64,000 bases of DNA. Source: Lama glama. Its lineage: Eukaryota. The stretch is taken from the NCBI GenBank assembly GCA_028534125.1, contig CM052817.1:95110001-95174000 (forward strand). The letters run 5' to 3'. The notes beneath the pieces are model-generated. The model worked only from the letters and a program-made list of their open reading frames with translations, did no database searches and was not told the origin of the DNA. Of the stretch, positions 26,603 through 39,544 are shown in pieces. The position numbers were made by a program, and so were the translations under genes. Position 1 is the first letter of the stretch, and each line of letters begins with the position of its first letter.

Positions 26603-26902
26603 CCCTCACCCTCCAGTTCTGTAAGGTTTTTCAGTAAGTATTAAACACATTAAATGTCTACAATTATTCTAGTCAGTAAAGAGAATACAAAATTATTAGA
26701 TATGATTCTTGCCTTCAAGGAACTCAACTTTTATTTTTTTAAGTAAAGGAAATGAAATGAAAAGGAAAGGAAAATGAAACAATACATCTTTGTGAAACTC
26801 CCACGTTTGGAAGATTACTTCTAAAAATTTCTTAATCTGTTCATTTTAGTCATGTGTATATTTCTAAAAATTAACACAAAATTAATTCTTTACTTTAAAT
26901 AA

Positions 26903-27055
<153 letters not shown>

Positions 27056-27156
27056 TGATTTTCAGAGAAATGGGAAAAAGTGGTATTTATTAACTTTTAA
27101 ATCCACTAAAGAAAATTACAATATTATAACATTATGCAGAATCATATTGTGTATGT

Positions 27157-27330
27157 CAGTGGTTCATTCTAGCTAACATTAAAATTACCTGGGGATCTTT
27201 TTAAAACTACTAATGCCCAGGTTTCAGTGCGATTAATTACATCGTATGTCTGGTTATACAGTTTGGACCTTGGTTAGTGGAAAAGGTTCCCAGGTGATTC
27301 TAATATACGACTGGGGGGTGAGAATCACCG
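27157..27330. mobile_element. MER5A-like hAT-Charlie MITE
   Basis: cagtggttc...aattacctgggg...cccaggtgattctaat...tgagaatcaccg palindromic layout. Confidence 0.75.
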
Positions 27331-27977
27331 TTAATAATATCCTTGTCCCCCAAATAACTTTTAAGGGAATTTGTCTTTAATTTTATTTAACTATTAATTT
27401 CATGATCTACAGAGAATATTACTCTGAGTGTGAACACATAATGTTAAATCACAAGAGTTCTTTGAAATATTTAATCTGCCAAACACTAATATTTTGAATC
27501 TGGGAGTCTAGATTCAACTAATGAAAAGATATTTCTCAACCTGCCAGCTTTAAGGGGCCTACTGCAGCAGGGAGAATGAAGTGGAGTATTTCTGGTTGAT
27601 GTGGCACTTCTCTCCTTGTAAGTAAATGGCAGGCAAAAAAATAAATAAAGACAATGTGAGGTTGCACCTGCTATTTAATTTTGTACCAAAGCATTTTGTT
27701 ATACATTAAAATTGAGCTTTATATGTAAAGAGAAATTGTTACTTTAGGATAGACTGTGAATGAAAATTGAACAAGTAAATTTTGGGGTAATATTGGTCAT
27801 GGATGCACTTCTAACAATTAACAGTTTAAGTTAATCTTGGCTGTTGGTTTTTTTTTTCCCCCCTGATAGCCGATAACATCTGTTGTATTTCTTGGCTTAC
27901 TAATGGATGGGTGTGGAATGCAAATGCGTTAAAACACATCGTTCTGGTATTGTGTAGTTGTTTCTTCTTAAGTCTGA

Positions 27978-28145
<168 letters not shown>

Positions 28146-28493
28146 TAAAAATTAATATCTTAGGTCAATTTTGTGAGGCTGTGGGAGAGCATATGTTTGG
28201 TTTTATTTTTTCAGTGTTCTTATTTTAAAGATTATTCGTGGAATTAATGCTGAGAAACTAGATATAAATGAAACTCCTTTTTAGTTAAAATCTGTGAATG
28301 CTACTTAATTGATAATTTTGAACTTTCATAAACTATTATAGGTTGGTGTTCCTTGACTTGAAATTAAATCCACCTCTGATATTAAGTTAAGAAACCAGAA
28401 GTATTCTATTTGGATATATATTCCATTTTGTGTAACATTCATTCTCTTTGCAATTGTATTATTAAATTCAGATAATTATACATATATTTCTAG

Positions 28494-28682
<189 letters not shown>

Positions 28683-28775
28683 TAAAAAATGTATCAAAGT
28701 AAACTTGTTTTACTTTGTAACTCATTTTAATATTGAAGGAAAATAATAGTAACTATTTCTAATATGTTATGGTAG

Positions 28776-28845
28776 GGAACAGTGGGGTCTATTTTGGACC
28801 GAAAAGATGAGACAAAGACACAAGCAATTGTATGTCAGCAGCTTG
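28776..28845 (+). CDS. ABCE1: ABCE1 exon 7, 70 nt
   Basis: GTVGSILDRKDETKTQAIVCQQL(D). Confidence 0.98.
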
Positions 28846-29040
28846 GTGAGTGTTAATTTTGGATATATGTTTTAATAGATCCTGGACTTAAATTATAAAC
28901 ATTGATATTTTATATGGATTACTGAAGTAAATGAAAAATCTCTAGTATTTGTCATATTTACTTTTTATGTTACACAATTTTTAACTGAAATAGTCAAACA
29001 CAGAATGACGTGCAGTATATGTTTTGCGCTAAAGAGGTAA

Positions 29041-29181
<141 letters not shown>

Positions 29182-30065
29182 TAGGTTACTTTATACTTTT
29201 TGTATGTCTTATCCTTATTTTAGAGTTTTTATTTATAATGCTGCTAATAAAGCAGTGGTTTTGAGAGAAATGAATAGAAAGAGTGTCTAAGGTTCTAGCC
29301 TTGAGGTAAGGTGGTGAAGCAGTTATGCATCCATGCCCATTTTCCTGCTCTTCCCCCAGGGGGGATCTCATTTATTTAGATAATTACTTGACAACTTATG
29401 GATTCCAGAGCTCTTTAATGTAAAGTCAGTTGTTTATTAAACTCTCCTTATACATAAGAAGGATATTTTTTTAAGATGAAAGCTCTCCCAACAGGCCATC
29501 GAGGTTTTTAAATAGCTCAAGTGGAACATGAGGTCTTTTAGGTTATCCTGAATCAGGGTGGCATGCCACGTGAGAGAGAAGAAGGAAGTAGAAAAGGCGA
29601 GTTTCCTTCCTACCTTCTACTGTGTCTTTTCTCACAGGAATTTATTGCTCCGGTCTTTTCCCACATTTCTACTCTGGCATCCAAGGCAGGCTAGCCCTTT
29701 TCCGCAAAGTATTCAGGAATTCTGTTCAGTGCCCTCCTTTGCAGAAACTCTGGTTTAATGCAACTGACTTTATCCAATTAAAAGAAGAGCACTTTGGATT
29801 ACTTCAGAATATATCAGAGTATTTTTCATGAGGAGGTAGCAGTTTGTAAGTTAGCCCAGTCTGGGTGTCTCTCCCCAGACTTGATATGTAGTCCTGCTTT
29901 TCATAATTTCTTTTCTTCCTTCTACTTCTGAACAGAAGATAGGAATTTTTCCCTTTTTGGAGTGGGCTTATTGTAAGGGGCTTTTGTTTCTACTGTGAAA
30001 TCAAACTACATTTCAGTGCTTTAAAATAACATGCAAGGTAGAGTTGTATCATATTTGTCTTGTAA

Positions 30066-30182
<117 letters not shown>

Positions 30183-30599
30183 TAAGTACAGACTTAATAT
30201 ATGCCTTTGTTGTTTTATTTGGGGAGTTTTACAGATTTCTAAAGGTCGAACACTAGGACCATCAATGTCATGTAGATGTGCATGCTTTCTGTCTTGGTTA
30301 TTTGAAGCTATCACTTGCTTACTTTGCTCTATCTGGAACAAAGATTCTTGATGCAAGATTCACTTACTTCTATGCCCGTTTTGAGGGAACCTAAGAATAT
30401 TCTGAAATGATGTGCAAACTTTGGCATTTATGTGTGGATTTCTGGAAAGCAGCAGATCCTTAGCTTTTACCAGATTGTTAAATGGACATGTCATTCAAAC
30501 ACATAGAAAATTTAGAATATTATAAGGATCACCAGAGTAGTTCCAGTTGTTCCAGATCTTACCAAGCACAAGAGAGTTCTGACAAGTAATCACGACATA

Positions 30600-30800
30600 C
30601 TGTATTTATAGAGTGCTTTTGTAGTTTGCAGAACTTTTAAATCTATCATCTCATTTGAGCCTCAGTAATCTGGTAAGTTAGAATCTTTAGATTGGATTCC
30701 ATTTTACAGATGAAGAAGTCTAAGGTCAGAAAAGCTAGTTATTTGTTGTAGGTTTCATATTTACCATATGGCAAAGCTATGACCACAGCCCAGGGTTTTT
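30600..30800 (-). repeat. MIR SINE
   Basis: atcatctcatttgagcctca...ccattttacagatgaagaa. Confidence 0.7.
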
Positions 30801-31379
30801 TTCTGTATGGCATTTTCTGTTCCTCTCTTACTGACTGATTTAATACACAGCTGATCTTACAGGAGAGCAGTAGAAATCCCTAGGGATCAAAAACCAAAGA
30901 AAGAACTATAAATTAAAGGGGAAAGACAAGGATGGCTTTCCTAGAGAATGTTGCTCGTCTCTGATAGGTGTTGTGCTTTAACAACCACTTGTGGACAAGA
31001 AGCAAGGCCTTGTATTGGATTGTCACACGAAATACCAGGATTCTCAAAGGACTGCTTTCTCAGCAAAAGAGCAAACACATGATGTCAAGGAAGTGCATAG
31101 CTGTCACTCACTGAGCTCTTTAGGAATAGAGGGATGGCTCCCCTTTAGATTTGTTTATGGACCAGCAGGTCACATGGATGTAGAATTGAAATTTATGTAA
31201 ATTCGTGTAGTTACATGAAATTATGTAATCAAGAATCTTCCATGCTAAAGTAACATAAAGAGGACACTGAACCTTTAGTTCTGTGGTACCTGGCCAAAGC
31301 AAACAAAAAACCACTTCAGAGGGATATGCCCTCAACCCTGGTCACACAGGATTTTTACATTTTCCTCATGAACTTTAAA

Positions 31380-31950
31380 CCCAGGGTTATAAATGACAGG
31401 AGGCAACTCTACAAATGAGTCAGTAGACACAATAGACAGCAGGATTAGACCTTCAAGAACGTCAGGTGACATTCTCAAAGAGACTATATTAAAATAATTA
31501 AAAACATAAAAGATTTAAAACTCTTTAAGATTGTGATACTACAAAAAAGCAGTAGGTCAATGTTTGGAAAAAAACCAAACAGATTTGTAAACTAAAAGTA
31601 TAGTCATGCCATTGAGAACTCACTGGATAGATAGACAGGTTAGGGACAACAGAAAAGAGCATGAGAAACTGGAAGAGTTGATCTGAGCAAGTTACCAGGA
31701 TACAGCAGAAAGAGAATGAGACTGAGATACAGAAGGGAGATTCAGAGACATGGAGAGTGGAGTGAGATGGAGAAAGAATGAAAAGACTATTTACATATGT
31801 CTTAAGCATTTGAAAAATAAAACCGTGAAAAGATGATAGCTGAGAATTTTTCAGAATTGAAAAACTCGATTCCTTAGATTCAAGGAGCAAATGATCCACG
31901 TACATAGTTTGAAATGAAACAGAGTATCAGTGATAAAGAAACAATCTTAG
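31380..31950 (+). repeat. Ancient L1 ORF1-region fragment
   Basis: A/G-rich coiled-coil-like remnant (aactggaagagttgatctgagcaagttaccagg...ttcagagacatggag). Confidence 0.55.
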
Positions 31951-33264
31951 GTCAAATAAGTAGCCATAATTTTCACTTCATACATAGGCCAGGGCGTTAT
32001 GATAGACTATGTGGGGAATGTAAGAGTAAAAATGTGGTCCTGGTATTCAGGGACTTCACTATCTTGTAAATAAGAGAATATGCAAGCAGTCAGCTCAGTA
32101 TTTTTCAGCTCTGGCCTCTTTTTATAAAAACATTTTTATATTCCTTTATTTTACTGAAATGACGGTCATAGGTATTATCTACTTTCACACATAATTTTTT
32201 AATACCAAATAATGTTCTAACCGTAATAAAAATGAGAATTGAAAGGATTTACAGTGAAGTGACATGTATCTAAATATGTAAGTATTCAACTAGATCATTA
32301 CAATCCTATATTATGAGTTGGCAGCAACCATAATTGTAAAAGGGATAACATGCCAAAACAAGTTAGAGTAACAAAGTGAAGGAAATGATTGAGTTAGACA
32401 TTTTCTCAGATATTCTGGGTCTTATTTTTATAGGTATAGGGTCAGAATAATCTCTGTAGAGATAGACTTATGATAAAAAGTTAAAGGAAGTATATCTGCA
32501 TGCTGAAATTCTGTGATAGGTCAAGGCACACATTCAGTCTTTAATGCTGTAAAAAGATTTTGAAGACCATATACTTGGATAAACAACAAAAAATAGAGGA
32601 TGGGTTAGAGAGAGGACCAATAATGCAAGAAGTTTTCTAGAATTTGACCTCCAAGAACATCTTCAGTAAGATTAGAAACCAATAGATAACCCAAAATTAG
32701 GTGTAAAATTTCACAACATAGATTTCTCATTATGCTGGAGATTACTGTTTCTTCCTACCTTCAGAAAATAGAGTGGCTCACCTCACCTAAATCTTTTTAC
32801 ATTTTGGGCTTGGACATAAGCTGCATTTGAAGGTAGGGATAGGTGGGGGTTTGACTTACTTTTTTCTTCTTTTGAAAGCACATTAAAATCCTCTAGATAA
32901 TGCTATGGTGCCTTACACTGGGCCTTGAAGATTTTAATGGTAAAAAAAGCAGAGAATTATTCCAAATGATGGAATATTATCAACAAAGACACAAGGTGGG
33001 ATGAATATTGGCTCACTTGAGTGACTTGCCATTTTTATTGATGTTTACCACCATGTAGTAGAAAACATTTCCTCTTAATATTTTCTTTTCGTATTAAACT
33101 CCCTTTTACCTTTTTTTTTTTTTTCATTTTTTCCTTTGCCACCTAAGACCTGGATTAGTGTGATAGCTTCCTTAAATAAAAAGTCTGTTTCTTCTTGTCG
33201 GATTAATCTTTCTGAAATGATGTTTTTTTCTTGTCATTCTCCTATCCTAGAACTGCTGAAGCCT

Positions 33265-33432
33265 CTAGCCATATGTTGCTATTTATATTTAATTGAAATT
33301 AAAAATTCGTTTCTTCAGTCAAAGTAGTCACATTTTAAGTGCTGCACATTCCAGGTAGCTTCTTGTTACCTTATGCGACAATATCAAGATAGCACATTTC
33401 CATAATCATAGAAAGTTCTGCTGGAAAGTGCT
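33265..33432 (-). mobile_element. MER3-like hAT-Charlie MITE
   Basis: ctagccatatgttgcta...acatttccataatcatagaaagttctgctggaaagtgct. Confidence 0.75.
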
Positions 33433-33855
33433 TTTAAGAACCTGTCATTTCCCCCGTTGCCAATTAACTATAGTCCAAATTCTTCATTTTGTCATTCAAC
33501 AACTTTATTAATAATAAATAGTTTGCCACATAGTACAAGACTAAAGATCATAGAGGTACTAAAATTTATTAGTCTGTCTTCAAGACATTTAATGGACAAA
33601 TAATAGACGTCCAAGTTCAGAGGGTTCAAGAATGGGGGAAGAAGAAAGTTTATTTGCATATGAAGAAGGGAGTACAAGTTGAGATGGCCCTTTAAGTGTT
33701 TCGTAGGATTTCAGTAGGTGAGGATTTTAGGCAGGAGACCATTTAGATGATAGACCAGCCCTTAGACACGCAGAGATAGAAAAGTAGATTGTTCAAGAAA
33801 CAGTGAAAGATCCATTTTTCAGTGTACCCTATATATAAATCAAGTTAGAGATGTA

Positions 33856-34290
33856 TTAATGTCCCCCTCAACTTAACGATTTTTTTGACTTTGCAGTGTT
33901 GGAAGCAATACACATTTGGTAGAAACTATACTTCTAATTTTGAATTTTGCCATTTTCCTGATCTAGCAATATGCAATATGATATTTAGTAATGCTGGGCA
34001 GCAGCAGGAAGCCACAGCTCTGAGTCAGCCATGTGATCATAAGGGTACACGTAACCATTCTGTTCTTCACTTTGCTAATACTCAATACATTACATGAGAT
34101 GATCAACACTTTATTGTCAAATAGGCTTTATGTTAGTTGATTTTGCCCAACTGTAGGCTAATAAAAGTGCTTTGAGCATGTTTGAGGTAGACTGGACCAA
34201 GCTATGATGTTTGGTAGGTTAGACATACTAAATCCATTTATGGCATGTGATATTTCAAATTAGGATGGGTTTACCAAGATGCAACCTCAT
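33856..34290 (-). mobile_element. MER47/Tigger5-like TcMar MITE
   Basis: tgattttgcccaactgtaggctaat, gctatgatgtttggtaggttag; ends agtcgaggaatatctg followed by TA. Confidence 0.85.
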
Positions 34291-35102
34291 CATGAGTCGA
34301 GGAATATCTGTAGTAGCTAAAGTTTTTGGTCATGAAGTTCTTGAAAGTCTAAGGATGTTATTCATTTCATTTGGAACTGAGAGCCACATCTGGGGACCTG
34401 AAGAAAATGAGATTTGTCAAAAGCCTATTGCAATATTGAAAGAAATACAATGACAACCTGAATTAGAATTTAGGAAGAGAAAGAAAAGAATGAATTAGAT
34501 ATATTTGACAAGTTAAATACATCATTGCAAATTAAGTGAGTCATTTTTTATGAAAGTGTTCATTCCATCATAAAAACATGGGTGGTGAGTTTTGTGTAGG
34601 ACATATTTTCTAAGTAGTCTTTTTTGGTATTGCTTCTTACCTATTCTTTGTCTCTCTAGCTAAATTGAAAGTTCCTGGTTTAAAGATTCTGTTGTGTTTT
34701 CTGTTCCCCTACTGCAGCCAGTATGGGATAGGACAAATATAAGTTGAATAGCATAATAAACAGTTTAGACTAGGTCTGATTCAAATTTATTATAATTATT
34801 TCTGCTTTGTAAAGTTTGTTTTAAAACGTGTTTTTATTAGCAAAACATTTATTTCATATATCCATAAACTATTTCATGTTAACTTTTTTTTTTAGTCTAG
34901 GAAAACAATTTCAAATATGAACATTGATAATGAGTCTTATTTAAAGAAAATGTTTTATGACTTGCTGAATAATGGTCTTTAACTTTTTTAATATATCTGT
35001 TTTCCTGAAATTTACACTAATTTTTAAAAAAAATGCAAGAGTTGTGAGAATTATAATTAAATACAGTTTTAACTAAATTATGTATGTTATGTTACATTTT
35101 AA

Positions 35103-35327
<225 letters not shown>

Positions 35328-35391
35328 TAGGTGTTGCTCTAATATTACTTATCCAAAAGTCTGGTCTTAAGGAATTTAGTTATCCAGTAGA

Positions 35392-35392
<1 letters not shown>

Positions 35393-35434
<42 letters not shown>
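35393..35434. repeat. Perfect (TG)21 microsatellite
   Basis: Direct reading. Confidence 0.95.
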
Positions 35435-35438
<4 letters not shown>

Positions 35439-37880
35439 CATATATATAAGGTATATACACATCAGTTGTTAAAACCTGTTTCTGGAGAATTTTTTGTTGT
35501 GGGTTAAAATGCTTTATCGATTTTACTACTTACCTATTGTATTACAAGTTTCTTTTGTATTTTGGCTTCTGCAGCATCACTGTAGCGTTTGTCTTCTTCA
35601 GCTTTATCTTTGACAGGCCAGTGCCAGTAGGAAAACTCTTCGAAATCCTTCAGTGCTCATTTTATTTTCATGTTTCAAGTTTATCTGTAATCTGTATTCT
35701 AAGTTTGTGGAACAAAGACTATCTGAAAGTCTAATAATAGTTTAGTTAAGTATATTATAGTTTAATAAGTGACAAATTCTAATAAAATAGCTTAGTAAGT
35801 GTATTTTCATTTATTCCTTCTACTTTCAGGAAAGAGGGACTCTCTGGCCTCTCTTTTCCATGTCTCTTCCCTACTTAAGCAAGTTAGGCAAAAGTAAAAA
35901 TTAGCCTACCACTAAATGGCTCCTGAAACAAAATCAGTGCACTCTCCATCTGGTATGCCTTCTTCCTGTCTCTTTCTGTTTCCTTCCATTGCTTCCTTAC
36001 TCCTGTTTTTACTTTATATTTCTTCTCTCCAACTGTGCCTTCAACTGACAGTCTAGAACACATAAAGGACTACTTAGCTTAGTTCATATCTTGAAAAATA
36101 CCATATTTCTATAAGAATAAGGATTTATGTAGCCTTGTAGCTCCCTGGGTTGGGGAGGCTCTTTTTTTTTTTTTTTTTTTAAAGCTGTCTCTTCGAAGAG
36201 ATCGTTTTTGAGTTACCTAAGAAATTTTTGGGGAAAGAACTTACACTGCATCACACTCTGCATAAAAAGGCAATGGTAGCTTTTTTAATTTACAAAAAGT
36301 GTGTGTGTAGTATAAGATATGGGGAAGGAATAGCTGTCACTTATCTACTTGTACATTTGAGATAAATAGATACATATTTTAAGGGAAAATTTGTGAGATT
36401 GCCCAGTTTTCTGTTCGGTTGTCTCAAGAGATGCCATCATAAGTAATTATTAATGTTTTATTTAGCAAGTATTTATTCAGTACCTACTCTATGCCATTAG
36501 TAGTTCTAGAATCACACTAATAATGACATGAGTACCTGGCAGTCGGTCTTCACAATTCTGGTTAGAAATGTAGTATGCAAAGGCTATGCCTTTCAAGAAA
36601 TGGGTCCTGGTTTTTAACATGCCCCATCTGTTGAAACAATTCAGGTAACAGAGTGCACTTAATCTTTCTGTTTTCTTTTGATATACTGAAATTAACACAG
36701 CATATGTAAAAGCTCTTTATGAACTGTAAAGACAGTTTTACCTTGAACTCATTTTTAAGTTGATTTAAGAGAAACATTGCAGTAGAAATGTATAAGGCTG
36801 ACTTGTTAATGTTTTTTGCATAAAGTCACTTCTCTGAGCCTTCATTTTCTTACCTGATGAATTAAGCAGGCACTTGTACTAAAGGGCCACTAAGAGTCCT
36901 TCAAGTTTATGTTTTTATTTAATTTTTGGTTTTAATCTTTTTTAACCTCACGTATAATTTTTAAATAGTTCAAGATTAAAAATGCTGATTTGGGCAGAAT
37001 AAATGCTTATTTGTTCTGTCAGCAAATATTTATTGAACACCTATATTCTAGACTGAGAAGGCCTAGATATGGTTCTTAAGTACAGATGAAATGAATAACA
37101 CCCTTACTTTCTTTCAAGACCTTCCAAAACTTCAGCTAATTGTCCTTCTCTTACTTCTCTTATGTATAGTAAACAATGAAAAACACATCTTTTCACTGTT
37201 TCCCAAACAACCCACTTTTCCATTTCTGTGCATTTGCCAATATGGATCTTAACAACTTTAGTATGGAGGGATTTTCATGTACAATGTGTTAGTTTATTTT
37301 CAGTTATTAAAATCTTTTTAGAAAATGGTGTTTGTACAGTGAAGCCAAACTGTTTAAAGAAGTTACTTTGTTATTGTAAATTTCATATGAATTTGCAAAA
37401 TTCATATGAAAAAGTAGTAAATTGTAACTTCAACTTAGATGGTTATATCTCAAATGAAAATGAATACTTACAACTTAAATTGTGTAAAATATTATTCCTG
37501 ACTATTTCATTTTATGTCAGTCTATGAAAATATTACCTACTTGTCATTTTTTGAAAAAAATAACAATTTTTGATTTAAAAATACAGAAAAAAATGGCATC
37601 ATAAGCTTCCACATAAAATATGATGGAAAAAATATAAAAATCAGTAGTAATGAAAAGATGTGCTTGTGTATATGTGTTTGTATATATAGGACATATGTAT
37701 ACATAAATTATTTAAACTTGCATTAGGTACATGAAACACCATGTTGTCACAGTGCATATTGTAAATCTATAGCAATTTAAATCTATGCACAGATTGCTCC
37801 CAAGAGAGCCTAGGGTTTTGACTTTCATATGATAATTTCTTGCTGTGGAAAAAGTTCAATCTTGAATTGATCTTTACTAA

Positions 37881-38153
<273 letters not shown>

Positions 38154-39151
38154 TGAAAGTCTGTTCTGTTTATCCAGTGACTGAGTTCCAATTACTCTGA
38201 AAAATTTTGACTCAGTTATAGGTTTGAGAGCTGGAATGAATTCATATCATACATTGCTCAGTCTAGTTAACATTTTTGTGACAACGTATGGTTTAATCTC
38301 ACTGTCATTCAATCAAGTTCATATTTCTTATTTTGTTTTAGTTAACTTTCAGTGAAAATAAGATTTTTTTTTCTAAACTGGTTTTTCTGTGTATAAGTTG
38401 GTACAGACAGCATTTATTCATCCTGGAAAATGACTAGGAAAGAAAGGATAAATTGGTATTTCAGAAGCAGTCTAGTTTAAAATGTTTTCCTTGCACTCCT
38501 CCATTTGGAGCTTTTCTTATTTTAAATTCAGGCTAATCTAACTTTGTAAACAGTTGTTATTACCAGCATTTTTTAATATTAGATTGCCATTGTAAATATG
38601 GCTGTGAGATGAATTTGAGTACCAAATATCTGGTATTGCTTTCATGATTAAAAAAAAGAAGATTTGAATTGTGTACTTACAGGGTACAAAACTGTAGAAG
38701 AAAAAATTTTTGATGATTGTTGCAATATATTAGTCATTAGTTAATGGAGAAATTTTGAGCTAGGTTGCAATTAAATACTTCATATAAATGGACTTTTGAT
38801 GATGGTATCAATCATAACAGTATTGTGCTGTCTTAACAGTAAATCGTATGCATTGATAATTTGGCTAAATAAATCTTTTAAGAACAAACCCAAGTCTTAT
38901 ACTTTATAGACCCACCATTTATTAAAATGGCCACTATAATCTCTAGTCTGTATTCTTGCCATTTAGTATGAAATGATACTTGAGAGATGAATCATCAGTG
39001 TTCAGATATTTTTCTGTATAACTTCCAGAATTCATCAGTGCCAGTGTGTATCTTTAAAACTAATTTCTCAGTTAAAACCCAGTAGTGCATAGTGACTTAC
39101 TCTAAATGTGAAGCATCTTGCAAGTCAGTTTGTTTTATGTTGTGTTGCCAG

Positions 39152-39211
39152 GTACTGGTAAAACGACATTTATCAGAATGCTTGCTGGAAGACTTAAACC
39201 TGATGAAGGAG
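39152..39211 (+). CDS. ABCE1: ABCE1 exon 12, 60 nt (Walker A of NBD2)
   Basis: TGKTTFIRMLAGRLKPDEG(G). Confidence 0.98.
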
Positions 39212-39306
39212 GTACAGTTGTGATGTTGAGTCTTTTTACCCTGTTCCACATAGTAAACTTTAAAGGTCTGGGCAGTTCTCAGTGTCTTATTTGCATTATT
39301 TTGCAG

Positions 39307-39365
39307 GGGAAGTACCAATTCTAAATGTCAGTTATAAGCCACAGAAAATCAGTCCCAAATCAACG
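39307..39365 (+). CDS. ABCE1: ABCE1 exon 13, 59 nt
   Basis: EVPILNVSYKPQKISPKST; donor GTGAG. Confidence 0.98.
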
Positions 39366-39544
39366 GTGAGTTACTCTGTTATTTTGTTGTTAAAGAAAAG
39401 CTTTTATCTACATAGAGCATTAATCTTAAACTATCAAAATCCTTCTCCAAATTAGTTTCTGTACAGGCATAATGAAAGTGCTAAGGAAGATATTAGGACT
39501 ACTACAGTCCTTAATTCATTTCCACTACTAGGAAAACTTTTTAA

